Assembly (NCBI GenBank): GCA_963798775.1
Contig: CAWCUK010000004.1
Span: 471,451 to 535,450, forward strand
Source: an uncultured Bacteroidota bacterium
GTDB taxonomy: Bacteria; Bacteroidota; Ignavibacteria; Ignavibacteriales; Ignavibacteriaceae
Direction of reading: 5' to 3'
Length of the DNA: 64,000 nt
Shown: in pieces, positions 10,693-20,388 of the stretch
How the letters are laid out: every line of letters begins with the position of its first letter
Numbering within the stretch: the stretch's first letter is position 1
Program-made: the position numbers and the translations under genes
Notes under the pieces: model-generated
Told to the model about the DNA's origin: nothing
Databases searched by the model: none
The model's input: the letters and a program-made list of their open reading frames with translations, nothing else

Positions 10693-10800
10693 TTTTTTAT
10701 AAATTGCGGGGACTTTTTTTCCCTCTCTATTATTTCATATCCAATCAAAATTGTTTTACTTTTACAAACTAAAATCTGTTCTAATTTACTTTATTAAGAA

Positions 10801-11793
10801 ATGAAAAATAAATTTATCCTCTTTTCTCTTATTGCCGGTTCTTTAGTATTTACTTCGTGTAGTGAAAATAAGAATCAGAATAAACCCTCTAAACCGTTAT
10901 TTGAATTAACTACGACTGATTCAGTGCCTTCATTTGATGCCGCCGAAGCTTATCAAATGGTGGAAGAACAAGTTAAATTCGGCCCTAGAAATCCCGGTTC
11001 TAAAGCTCATAAAAAAGCACTGGGTTTTTATAAAAATGAATTCGGTGAATATGCCGATAAAGTTGAACTTCAGCCATTCTCTTATCCCGGTTATGATAAT
11101 GAAAGACTGGAACTCACCAATATCATAGCTAAATTTAATCCCTACGCTAAAAATAGAATTGTTATCTGCGCCCATTGGGACAGCAGGCCCCGCGCGGAAC
11201 ACGCTAAAGATCCCGCGAATGTAAATTTACCGATTATGGGAGCTAACGACGGCGCCAGCGGCTGTGGAATTTTAATTGAACTTGCCAAAATTCTTCATCA
11301 AAATAAAATTTCTTACGGAATTGATCTGGTTTTATTTGACGGTGAGGATTACGGTAAATCGAATGACTTAAATAATTTTTGTCTCGGCTCAAAATATTAC
11401 GCGGCAAAGTTAAACGGCGATTATCCGGCTTTCGCTATTTTACTCGATATGGTGGGGGATAAGGAAGCGGTTTTTACAAAGGAATTAAATTCGCTCCAGT
11501 TCGCACCCGAAATTACAGAAATGATTTGGAATACAGCCTATCAAGTTAATGCCGGCGTTTTCTCGCAAGCTAAAGGCTCTTCGGTTTATGATGATCATAT
11601 TCCTTTAAATCAAGTGGGGCTGCGGACGGTGGATATTATTGACGCTGATCTTATCGGTGCCGATTCTCCTAATGAAAGAAGGAATTATTGGCATTCTGAT
11701 GAAGATACTATGAAAAATATTAGTCAAGAAACACTGCGGCAAGTCGGTGATGTTTTAACTACATTTATTTATTCTTTAAAGTTTAATGGTTAA
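10801..11793 (+). CDS. M28-fold glutaminyl-peptide cyclotransferase-like lipoprotein
   Basis: Lipobox (LVFTSC). M28/QC zinc-site motifs: CAHWDSRP, GANDGASGCGILIELAK, LVLFDGEDYG, WHSDEDT. Size and single-domain architecture match bacterial type II glutaminyl cyclases. An M28 aminopeptidase cannot be excluded from sequence alone. Confidence 0.65.
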   Translation: MKNKFILFSLIAGSLVFTSCSENKNQNKPSKPLFELTTTDSVPSFDAAEAYQMVEEQVKFGPRNPGSKAHKKALGFYKNEFGEYADKVELQPFSYPGYDNERLELTNIIAKFNPYAKNRIVICAHWDSRPRAEHAKDPANVNLPIMGANDGASGCGILIELAKILHQNKISYGIDLVLFDGEDYGKSNDLNNFCLGSKYYAAKLNGDYPAFAILLDMVGDKEAVFTKELNSLQFAPEITEMIWNTAYQVNAGVFSQAKGSSVYDDHIPLNQVGLRTVDIIDADLIGADSPNERRNYWHSDEDTMKNISQETLRQVGDVLTTFIYSLKFNG

Positions 11794-11795
11794 GT

Positions 11796-12641
11796 ATGAA
11801 AAGATATAAAGAATTTACGGTGACGGCCGAACCTTTTATTCCCGAGCTTTTAAGCAGCATTCTTTGGGACCTCGAAATAAATGGAATAAATGAAGAAGTA
11901 AATTGCCTTAAAGTTTTTGCCGGCGAGGAAAATCCTATTTCTGTTGAAGATATTTCAAACCAAATTCAAAAATTAGCCGACCAAAAAATGATCCTCAGTT
12001 TTAATGTTGAGGAAAATCTTTTTGAGGATAAAAATTGGAATGAGGAATGGGAAAAGGGAATTAAGGTAATTGAGGTTTCCGATAAAGTTGTAATTAAACC
12101 GACTTTTAGAGACTACAATCAGAAACCGGGACAAATAGTAATTACTATTGATCCTAAAATGTCTTTCGGAACCGGAGAACATCAGACCACTAAATTAGTT
12201 CTCCAGCTTCTTGAAAATAATGTAGCTGAAAGTGCGAAAGTTTTAGATGTAGGATCGGGAACGGGAGTTTTGGCGATTGCTTCAATAAAATTCTGCGCTG
12301 CTTCCGCTGTTGCTATCGATAATGATGAATGGTGTTTTGAGAACGCTAAAGAAAATTGTCAGCTTAATTCGGTTCAGAATGAAGTGGAAGTAAAACTCGG
12401 CGAGATTAAGAATATTAATGAAAAAGATTTTGATTTAATTCTGGCTAATATTCAAAAAAATGTGCTGCTGATTATTGCGGAAGAAATTAAAGCTCATTTA
12501 AAATCAAATGGGAAAGTGATTCTATCCGGTCTTTTATATTCGGATGAAGAAGATATTCTTAAAAAATATATTTCTTTAGGATTTAAACTCCTTGAAAAGA
12601 AACAAATGGACGAATGGATTGCTTTGGTTTTAACTTTGTAA
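11796..12641 (+). CDS. prmA: Ribosomal protein L11 methyltransferase
   Basis: Has the FGTGEHQTTKL motif and the SAM-binding VLDVGSGTGVLAIA motif. Length is 281 aa. It starts 3 nt after the upstream gene's stop. Confidence 0.9.
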   Translation: MKRYKEFTVTAEPFIPELLSSILWDLEINGINEEVNCLKVFAGEENPISVEDISNQIQKLADQKMILSFNVEENLFEDKNWNEEWEKGIKVIEVSDKVVIKPTFRDYNQKPGQIVITIDPKMSFGTGEHQTTKLVLQLLENNVAESAKVLDVGSGTGVLAIASIKFCAASAVAIDNDEWCFENAKENCQLNSVQNEVEVKLGEIKNINEKDFDLILANIQKNVLLIIAEEIKAHLKSNGKVILSGLLYSDEEDILKKYISLGFKLLEKKQMDEWIALVLTL

Positions 12642-12680
12642 TATAAATTTTGTAACGCCTTCTCTCCTCAAGAGATCAAT

Positions 12681-13112
12681 TCAAATTGTTCCCTACAGCG
12701 TTGTCATCCCGAACTTGTTGTTGTCATCCCGAACTTGTTTCGGGATCAGTTCTAAGATGCAAAATCAGCAAAGCTTCGGAATCCGTTTCAAAAAATACAA
12801 TTCTTTGCAGTTCAAATTGTTCCCTACAATGTTGTCATCCCGAACTTGTTGTTGTCATCCCGAACTTGTTTCGGGATCTGTTCTAAGATGCAAAATCAGC
12901 AAAGCTTCGGAATCCGTTTCAAAAAATACAATTCTTTGCAGTTCAAATTGTTCCCTACAATGTTGTCATCCCGAACTTGTTTCGGGATCAGTTCTAAGAT
13001 GCAAAATCAGCAAAGCTTCGGAATCCGTTTCAAAAAATACAATTCTTTGCAGTTTAAATTGTTCCCTACAATGTTGTCATCCCGAACTTGTTTCGGGATC
13101 TGTTATAAGATA
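12681..13112. repeat. Tandem intergenic repeat, ~3.4 units of 131/131/111 bp, each with an 8-bp-stem hairpin
   Basis: TTCCCTACA recurs at 12689, 12820, 12951 and 13062. Units 1-2 carry an internal 20-bp duplication (GTTGTCATCCCGAACTTGTT). Each unit contains ATCCCGAA-CTTGT-TTCGGGAT. It fills the gap between convergent prmA and the amidohydrolase gene. Confidence 0.9.
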
Positions 13113-13123
13113 CAACTTGATTG

Positions 13124-14788
13124 CTATTCTTTATCTTTATAAATTATTTCACCGCCTAGAATTGTCATCTTAACTTTAACATCTTTTATTTTAACGGGAT
13201 CAATTTTTAAAATATCATCCCCCAGCACAACAAAATCAGCTAATTTTCCTTTTTCAACGCTGCCTTTTTCATCTTCTTCAAAAGCGGCATAAGCGTTATT
13301 TATCGTGTAGCATTTAATCGCTTCCTCAACACTAATTTTTTGTTCGGGAAGCCAGCCGTTTGGATTTTTACCGTCAAGAGTTCTTCTTGTTACTGCGGCG
13401 TAAATACCATATAGAGCGTCTAGCGGAGCTACACTCCAATCGCTGCCGAAACATAATTTTACTCCGTTATCTAAAAAAGTTTTAAAAGGATATGTGTATT
13501 TAATTCTTTCCGGTCCGATTCTTTTTTCCGCCCATACTCCGTCATCAATCGCGTGGTAAGGCTGGCATGATGCTATTACCCCGATTTCGGCAAATCTCGG
13601 AATGTCTTTAAAACGCACATGCTGCGCGTGCTCAATTCTAAATCTTCTATCCCATTTAGGATTTTCTTTTTTAATTTTCTCATACAAATCAAGCATATAC
13701 GCGTTTGCCCTGTCGCCGATTGCGTGAGTGGAAATTTGAAGTTTATTTTTATCGGCATCCAAGCACCATTTATCCATATTTCCGTTGGTAATTATATCCA
13801 TCGGCAAACCTGAAGTTGTAGAATCCTGCGCATAGGGTTCAAAAAACCATGCTGTACTTGAACCGAGAGAACCGTCCGCGAAAGCTTTTAAAGATCCCAT
13901 TTTAATCATATCATCGCCGAAATTATATTGTATGCCTTCGTTAACAAGATTTTTATAAGAGGCAATCGGCATTCTTGTATAAATTCTACAAGTTAATTTA
14001 CCTTCTTTTTTTAGCTGTTGATAAGCGATTAAATCCGCCGGAAAAGTAATATCCTGAATACTTGTTATACCATGTTTTTTTGCCTCTTCCAGAGCGGTTA
14101 AAGCCGCGCTTATATTTTCCTCTTCTGTATGATCCGGAATTAAAGGATAAATTAATTGCATGGCGTTATCTTTTAAAACTCCCGTAGGTTCTCCCGTATT
14201 TGGGTCTTTAACTATTAATCCGCCTTCGGGATTTGGTGTATCTTTTGTTATTCCCGCTAATTTTAAAACATAAGAGTTTGCCAGCGCCATGTGCCCGTCA
14301 AATCTATCTACAAAAATTGGGGTATTGGGGGAGAATGAATCTACCATCTCCTTTGTAGGAAGATCTTTTGTTTCCCACTGTTCATGATCCCAATTTCCGC
14401 CGGTTATCCATTTGCCCTTATGTGATTCTACATATTTTTTTAAGATGTCTTTAAACTGTTGCGTGCTTTTTGCGGGACGAAGATCAATTCCCTGTAGATA
14501 ATATCCGCCGCTTACAAAATGTGTATGGTCATCAATAAATCCCGGCATCATAAATTTTCCCTTCAAATCTACAACTTCGGAATTAGGATTGAGCAGTTTT
14601 TTCGCTTCCGATGTGGAGCCGACATAAATTATTTTCTCTCCGTCAACTACTACTGCTTCCGCTTTTGGCTGTTCCGGGTTAACCGTATAAATATTTCCAT
14701 TAATAAACGCTTTTTTATTCAACTGAGCCGGAATATTAAGGGTAATTATTGCAAATAAAATTAATGATAAAAAAATTCTGAAGAGCAT
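13124..14788 (-). CDS. Amidohydrolase-family (Amidohydro_3 / YtcJ-like) metal-dependent hydrolase, secreted
   Basis: Has the FIDDHTHF metal-binding motif, a TIM-barrel amidohydrolase pattern and a C-terminal GKLADFVVL motif. I place the start at Met 14788 because it directly precedes a signal peptide (MLFRIFLSLILFAIITLNIPA|QLN). The ORF track start at 14851 is the alternative. Confidence 0.8.
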   Translation of the reverse strand: MLFRIFLSLILFAIITLNIPAQLNKKAFINGNIYTVNPEQPKAEAVVVDGEKIIYVGSTSEAKKLLNPNSEVVDLKGKFMMPGFIDDHTHFVSGGYYLQGIDLRPAKSTQQFKDILKKYVESHKGKWITGGNWDHEQWETKDLPTKEMVDSFSPNTPIFVDRFDGHMALANSYVLKLAGITKDTPNPEGGLIVKDPNTGEPTGVLKDNAMQLIYPLIPDHTEEENISAALTALEEAKKHGITSIQDITFPADLIAYQQLKKEGKLTCRIYTRMPIASYKNLVNEGIQYNFGDDMIKMGSLKAFADGSLGSSTAWFFEPYAQDSTTSGLPMDIITNGNMDKWCLDADKNKLQISTHAIGDRANAYMLDLYEKIKKENPKWDRRFRIEHAQHVRFKDIPRFAEIGVIASCQPYHAIDDGVWAEKRIGPERIKYTYPFKTFLDNGVKLCFGSDWSVAPLDALYGIYAAVTRRTLDGKNPNGWLPEQKISVEEAIKCYTINNAYAAFEEDEKGSVEKGKLADFVVLGDDILKIDPVKIKDVKVKMTILGGEIIYKDKE

Positions 14789-15099
14789 CGCTGACCTCTC
14801 ATAAATTTGTAGGGATGATAAATTAATATCGGAAATATTTTGGTTATTCAAAACAAGAATATAGCGAGCAAAATAAAATGAATAATTTTATTTCACTAAA
14901 AATCTATAATTGTAAAATTTTAACAATGAAGAAAAGGCCTATAATATTGCCGATTACCATTTGTTTGTAACGCTAAAGTTTTTTTTTCTTCTTATTCGGA
15001 AAAATTAATCTCCTTTAACAAAATGATTTATAGCTTTCAATTATAAAAATTCTTATGTTATCGAAACTCAATTTTTCATCAAAAAAACATCTGTTAAAT

Positions 15100-15819
15100 A
15101 TGAATCTTGACGTATTAATCTTTGCCGCGCATCCCGATGATGCGGAACTTTCAATGGGAGGCACCATTGCAAAATTTACATCGAGTAATATTAAAGTGGG
15201 TATTATAGATTTTACAAGAGGGGAACTGGGAACTAGGGGCACCGCGGAAACTAGACAAAAGGAAGCTTTTCAAGCGGCTATAGCGTTAAAGGTTGCTGTT
15301 AGGGAAAATCTTGATATTCCTGACGGTAATATTTTGCGTAATAAGGAAAATTTGATGAAGGCTATTATGGCCGTAAGAAAATATAAACCTAAAATTATTT
15401 TCGCGCCTTATTTTAATGATAGGCATCCCGACCATATTGATACAAGTTGTCTCGTTAAAGAAGCTATGTTTTCTTCCGGACTTATAAAAGTAAAAACTTT
15501 TGATAAGGAAGTGCCGCAGCAACATTACCGTCCGCAAAAATTATATTATTATATGCAGACATACACCTTCGAGCCTTCCTTTATCGTTGACATTAGTGAT
15601 TGCTTTGAAATGAAAATGAAAGCTGTAAGATGTTATGGTTCCCAATTTCATAATCCGAGAAGCGTTGAACCGGAAACATTTATAAGTCGCCCTGAATTTA
15701 TAAATTATGTTGAAAGCCGTGCGCATTATTATGGATTTCAGATAGGGAAGAGCCACGGGGAACCTTTCTACTGCGAAGAAAAAATAGAACTTGATCTGGT
15801 TAATATTCTAAAAAAATAA
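15100..15819 (+). CDS. bshB1: Bacillithiol biosynthesis deacetylase BshB1 (LmbE/PIG-L family)
   Basis: LDVLIFAAHPDDAELSMGGTIAKF...VGIIDFTRGELGTRGTAETRQKEA closely follows the BshB1 N-terminal signature, plus a downstream HPDH motif. The start is placed at the internal Met (15100), not the ORF-track 15055. Confidence 0.7.
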   Translation: MNLDVLIFAAHPDDAELSMGGTIAKFTSSNIKVGIIDFTRGELGTRGTAETRQKEAFQAAIALKVAVRENLDIPDGNILRNKENLMKAIMAVRKYKPKIIFAPYFNDRHPDHIDTSCLVKEAMFSSGLIKVKTFDKEVPQQHYRPQKLYYYMQTYTFEPSFIVDISDCFEMKMKAVRCYGSQFHNPRSVEPETFISRPEFINYVESRAHYYGFQIGKSHGEPFYCEEKIELDLVNILKK

Positions 15820-16040
15820 GTTTGCTGCTGGATATTTTGCTAAAAATATATACTTAATATGCCGCTATTTTATTATATAAGAATAGCTCCCCTCAAATTG
15901 CTGACATTCGACAAGTTCAGTTACCGTACAACCAAATACGGCTGAACCTCTCGAACCATCGGCTATTTTATCATGGAAACAGAATTTCTATAAATTATAC
16001 AGACTCAACTGATTTTTCACTTAAACGTCGTTTGTTGTTT

Positions 16041-16676
16041 CCATTGTTTTTGTACACGAGCTAAAACTTGAGGCAATTCATAAATAATTTTATAATTATA
16101 AAAAGTATTGGAAACCGGGGAAATGAATAGCCACGAACTTTAGTTCATGGATGGAAGAAAAGCCGATCAATTGCGGGTTTCAGCCCAAGCAGTCCGGCTG
16201 AACCGTTGGGCCTTTTCAATTGTTTTTGTCCTCTGAATAGCCACGACTTTTAAGTCGTGGATTTGTATAAAAATCCCAAATAGCCGGGCTTCAGCCCAAA
16301 AATAATTTGGCTAAAGCCGTCGGTTGTTTTTCTTGTTTTTGTACACGAGCTAAAACTCGAGGCAATTCATAAATAATTTTATAATTATAAAAAGTATTGG
16401 AAACCGGGGAAATGAATAGCCTCGAACTTTAGTTCGGGGATGTAAGAAAAGCCGATCAATTGCGGGCTTCAGCCCAAGCAGTCCGGCTAAACCGTTGGGA
16501 TTTTTCGATTGTTTTTGTTCTCTGAATAGCCACGACTTTTAAGTCGTGGATTTGTATAAAAATCCCAAATAGCCGGGCTTCAGCCCAAAAATAATTTGGC
16601 TAAAGCCGTCGGTTGTTTTTCTTGTTTTTGTCCACGAGCTAAAACACGAGACAATTCATAAATAATTTTATAAATA
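16041..16676. repeat. Tandem intergenic repeat, ~2.2 units of 289 bp, built from hairpin modules
   Basis: GT(A/C)CACGAGCTAAAAC recurs at 16052, 16341 and 16630 (period 289). Each unit holds AATAGCCACGACTTTTAAGTCGTGGAT (9-bp stem), a related AATAGCC(A/T)CGAACTTTAGTTC(A/G)(T/G)GGAT, GGGCTTCAGCCC and GGCT(G/A)AA(C/G)CCGT motifs. It fills the gap between convergent bshB1 and the M28 peptidase gene. Confidence 0.9.
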
Positions 16677-16684
16677 AATTCTTT

Positions 16685-18480
16685 TCATCTGGCTCCCAGC
16701 TCTACTTTAAATGTCACTTCCTTTCCGTCCCTCATAACCGTTACATCTACAACATCGCCTGGAGTAAAATCCCCGAGAGCGTAAGTGTAATCATATATGT
16801 TGCCGATTTTTTTGCCTCCGAAATTTGTTATTATATCTCCTCCTTTTAATCCGGCTTTTTGCGCGGGACTTCCTTCGCCGACTCCGTTTATTTTTAATCC
16901 GTCAACTTGTCCTGAATAATCGGGAATTGTTCCTACATAAACTCTAAAACTCATCGCGCGCCCTTCAGTTTTTCGAGGAACATTTACATATTCAGGCCTT
17001 TCTTTTTCTTCATCGAGATCTATCGCGGTTCTATAAACGAATTTTACTACTTTTTCTTCTCCTACAGAATTTATTTTATCCGCGTCATCACTAGGCCGGT
17101 GGTAATCGGTGTGTGTGCCTGTAAAAAAGAAAAGTACCGGCATTTCTTTAGCGTAAAATGAGGACTGGTCGCTCGGGCCGTATCCTTCATTATTAAATGT
17201 AAGTTTTAGAGAATCTTGGTTGTTCTCATTTAATAAATCTTTAAATCCCGGTGAAGTGCCAACACCGTAAACAATTAATTTATTTTCATCGTTTAACCTT
17301 CCAATCATATCCAGATTTACCATTACATCCATTTTTTTTATATCAATAGGTGAATGATCCGCAAAGTAAGCCGAACCCAAAAGTCCAAGTTCCTCCCCGG
17401 AAAAAGAAATAAATATTATGCTTCTTTTAAATTAGATTTCATAGATTCGAATTTTTCGGCAAGTTCTAAAACTCCCGCTGTTCCGGAAGCGTTATCATCC
17501 GCTCCGTTATGAATCATTGGTTCTTTTCCTCTGTATAAAGAGCCGGTTTCCCCGTATCCGAGATGGTCGTAATGAGCGCCTATCACAATATATTCGTTCT
17601 TCAGTTTAGGATCGTTACCTTCGATATATCCCGCTACGTTTTTTGCCTGTTTGGTAATTTCGTTAACCTCTGTTTTAAGTTTTATAAATGCGTTTTTAAA
17701 CTCAAACGATGCGGGCTTTTTATTTTCATTTATTTGCTTCTGATAATCCTTAAAATCTGAATTTTCACTTTTAAATAATTTATCGGCGATTTCTCTTTTT
17801 ACTTGAATTACCGCGAAAGAATCCATACTTCCCGCGCCGTCATAATTTAATTTCATCAATTTATCTTCATCATCTTTCGGAATATAACCGTTAACGAAAA
17901 TAATTCCCGCCGCTCCGTGTTCCTGCGCTATTTTGGCTTTATATCTATACGGAGAAAATTTTTCAAACTCGCTGTGCGGATTATCTTCTTCCGGATTGTA
18001 ACGCATTACGAGAACTATTTTATTCTTTACGTCTATTCCTTCGTAATCATCATAATTTAAATCGGGAGCGGAAATGCCGTATCCCGCGAAAATAATATTT
18101 CCTTCAAAAGTTTTTGAACCGGAAAAAGGAGCGGGAATATATTCTTCTTTTATCTCCGGTAGAAGCGCTTTCCCTTGAATATCAATTTCGAGAGAATTAT
18201 TATCTGATAATTTCAGACCCGCGATAAAAGGATATTCTTGATAGAAACTTCCGTTAAAGAGGGGTTTTAATCCTGTCGCCTTAAAATCATTCATAATATA
18301 TTTTGCGGCCGATTCCGCGCCTTTAGAACCTGTAAACCTTCCTTCAAGTTCATCGGACGCTAAATAATTAATATGATTTTGAATTTCAGCCGCGGTTATA
18401 TTCGGGTTTTTATCATTATCGCCCGATCGAAATCCGCATGAAAATAACGCCAGCATTAAAATGGAGAATAAGACTTTCAT
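16685..18480 (-). pseudogene. M28 aminopeptidase with PA domain and C-terminal PDZ domain; one frameshift near 17420-17432
   Basis: ORF 17416..18480 encodes lipoprotein signal + PA + the first M28 half (VIGAHYDHLGYG, HNGADDNASGTAGVLELAE). It stops at ...MKSNLKEA*. Shifting one frame at the TTTTAAA run gives KRSIIFISFSGEELGLLGSAYFADH, which runs straight into ORF 16685..17380 (M28 second half + PDZ: GSPAQKAGLKGGDII). Total length is not a multiple of 3. Confidence 0.8.
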
Positions 18481-18525
18481 AAATTGCCCCTTATGGTTTA
18501 TTTAATATTCTGAAGTATTTAGAAG

Positions 18526-19584
18526 TTATTCAACCCAATCGGCAATAAAAATATTTGTATCGCCGGATTTTTTATTAAACCTGTTCGATTCGAAAATTAA
18601 TTTCTTTCCGTCCCGTGTAAACATTGGGAATCCGTCAAAAGTATCGTTAAAAGTTATTTGTTCAAGGCCGCTTCCGTCGATGTTTATCATGTAAAGATCG
18701 AAATTTCTTCCGTCTTTACTATTTATATTAGAAGCAAAAATTATTCTTTTGGCGTCCGGGAAAAAGAACGGAGCGAAACTGGCTTTGCCCAGATGCGTAA
18801 CTTGTAGTTTATTCTTTCCGTCCGAGTCCATTACATAAATTTCTAACGCGGTAGGACGTACTAAACCGTTCTTTACTAAATCATCATAATCTTTTAATTC
18901 ATCTTCTGTTTGAGGTCTGCTGGCGCGGAAAACTATTTTTGATCCGTCGAGTGAATAAAATGGACCGCCGTCATATCCTTTTTCAAAAGTTAATCTTTTT
19001 TGATCGCTGCCGTCCAAATTCATTGTATAAATTTCCGGGTCGCCGTCTCTTGTTGAAGTAAATACTATTTTATCTCCGGTTGGTGAAATTGTTGCTTCGG
19101 CGTCATAGCCGTCTGAGGTTGTTAATCTTCTCAAATTTGATCCGTCCGGTTCGGCTTGAAAAATATCGAAAGTTTTATAAAGTTTCCAAACATAACCTTT
19201 GGAACGGTCGGGAGGCGGGGGACAATCTTTATCGGCAAGATGAGTGGACGCGTAAATAATCGCGGTATCGCCTGGTAAAAAATATGAACATGTAGTTTTT
19301 CCGTTTCCTGTGGAAACCATGTGTTTATCGCTTCCGTCAATATTCATTATAAATATTTGATCGCATTTTATTTTGCCGTGAGAAGTTTGGTAGATTAATT
19401 TTTTCTCATCAAAAGAAAGATAGGCTTCCGCGTTTTCACCTTCCGATGTTAGCATTCTTAGATTTTTTAAATGTTTTTCCTGCGGGAAACGTAATGAATC
19501 ATCCTGGTTATTTTGGCAGAGAGAAAAATTGGAGAGAAGGAGAAGAATGGACAAAATTGAAATGGCTGAGTTTAACAATTTCAT
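18526..19584 (-). CDS. TolB-like / PD40 (WD40-like beta-propeller) repeat protein, secreted
   Basis: Signal peptide (LLLLSNFSLC|QNN). Repeated PD40 motifs (SPTGDKIVFTSTRDGDPEIYTMNLDGS, YSLDGSKIVFRASR, FTRDGKKLIFESNR). Confidence 0.75.
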   Translation of the reverse strand: MKLLNSAISILSILLLLSNFSLCQNNQDDSLRFPQEKHLKNLRMLTSEGENAEAYLSFDEKKLIYQTSHGKIKCDQIFIMNIDGSDKHMVSTGNGKTTCSYFLPGDTAIIYASTHLADKDCPPPPDRSKGYVWKLYKTFDIFQAEPDGSNLRRLTTSDGYDAEATISPTGDKIVFTSTRDGDPEIYTMNLDGSDQKRLTFEKGYDGGPFYSLDGSKIVFRASRPQTEDELKDYDDLVKNGLVRPTALEIYVMDSDGKNKLQVTHLGKASFAPFFFPDAKRIIFASNINSKDGRNFDLYMINIDGSGLEQITFNDTFDGFPMFTRDGKKLIFESNRFNKKSGDTNIFIADWVE

Positions 19585-19639
19585 AAACACCACGCTTTCA
19601 TTTTATGAAAAGATTTGCTGGTTTATTAAAACATAAACT

Positions 19640-20353
19640 TTATTCCGGAACGTGAACCAGAAAATATTCTTTCGCGCTTTTACCGATTGTTTTTGCTTCT
19701 GTTAAAGTCATATGCATTTCATCGGGAGTATCATCTTCATGTCCCGCTTCAATAATCGCTAAATCCGCCCCTTTCGCGTTTTTAACCAAATCTTCACAAT
19801 AAGCAGTATCGCCGCCGTAGCATATTTTTGATCCTTCATAAGTAAATTTGTATCCTAACGCGGGAACTTGCCTTGTTGTTACTCCGTCATGTAAATATTC
19901 TTTGTGTACCACGGGAAAAGGTTTAATTATAACTTTTTTGCTCTTAAATGATTTTGGCTCTTCAATTTTTTTCAAATTGATCTGATATGATGTTGATTTA
20001 GCATAAACTTTTTTAAATGCGTTGTATATACTTTCTATTTCAACACAGCCTTTGGGATAATAAATTGATAGGGGAGTGGTTTTGTGCATTACTCTAAGAT
20101 ATGTTAGTAATGCCCAAACTCCGCCTACATGGTCGTGATGGCCGTGAGTTACAAAAATATCGGAAATGTCTAAAATTTTCTTTGTGCCTATTTCTTTATT
20201 CAAATCTCTCAAAATTCCGTCACCGGGATCTACTACAAAATGAGAAGGCCCGGCTTTTATTAAAATTCCCGTAGCGATATTTGGAATGGAACAAAATATT
20301 TTAATCGAAAAGTTATCTTTCTGCCAATTTAAAGGATATTTTTGATGTAACAT
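19640..20353 (-). CDS. MBL-fold metallo-hydrolase
   Basis: Has the THGHHDHVGG metallo-beta-lactamase motif and a downstream GDT...H pattern. 237 aa. Confidence 0.75.
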   Translation of the reverse strand: MLHQKYPLNWQKDNFSIKIFCSIPNIATGILIKAGPSHFVVDPGDGILRDLNKEIGTKKILDISDIFVTHGHHDHVGGVWALLTYLRVMHKTTPLSIYYPKGCVEIESIYNAFKKVYAKSTSYQINLKKIEEPKSFKSKKVIIKPFPVVHKEYLHDGVTTRQVPALGYKFTYEGSKICYGGDTAYCEDLVKNAKGADLAIIEAGHEDDTPDEMHMTLTEAKTIGKSAKEYFLVHVPE

Positions 20354-20388
20354 AAACTTTCAACATTTTTGTAAATCATGAATAAATT

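Noticed and set aside
12681-13112. Possible CRISPR array (regularly spaced 28-bp palindromic repeat GTTGTCATCCCGAACTTGTTTCGGGATC)
   Set aside because: The sequences between the repeats are themselves nearly identical from unit to unit, so there are no unique spacers. No cas genes are in the window. It is a plain tandem duplication.
12686-13173. Three overlapping ORFs in the track (66, 152 and 98 aa) with Cys/Ser-rich repetitive peptides
   Set aside because: They are translations of the tandem repeat in two frames (the same peptide blocks recur with the repeat period). They have no start context and overlap the 3' end of the amidohydrolase gene.
16041-16676. CRISPR, tRNA or rRNA fragment in the 865-bp ORF-free gap
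   Set aside because: The units are contiguous 289-bp copies without unique spacers. I could trace no cloverleaf or conserved rRNA segment.
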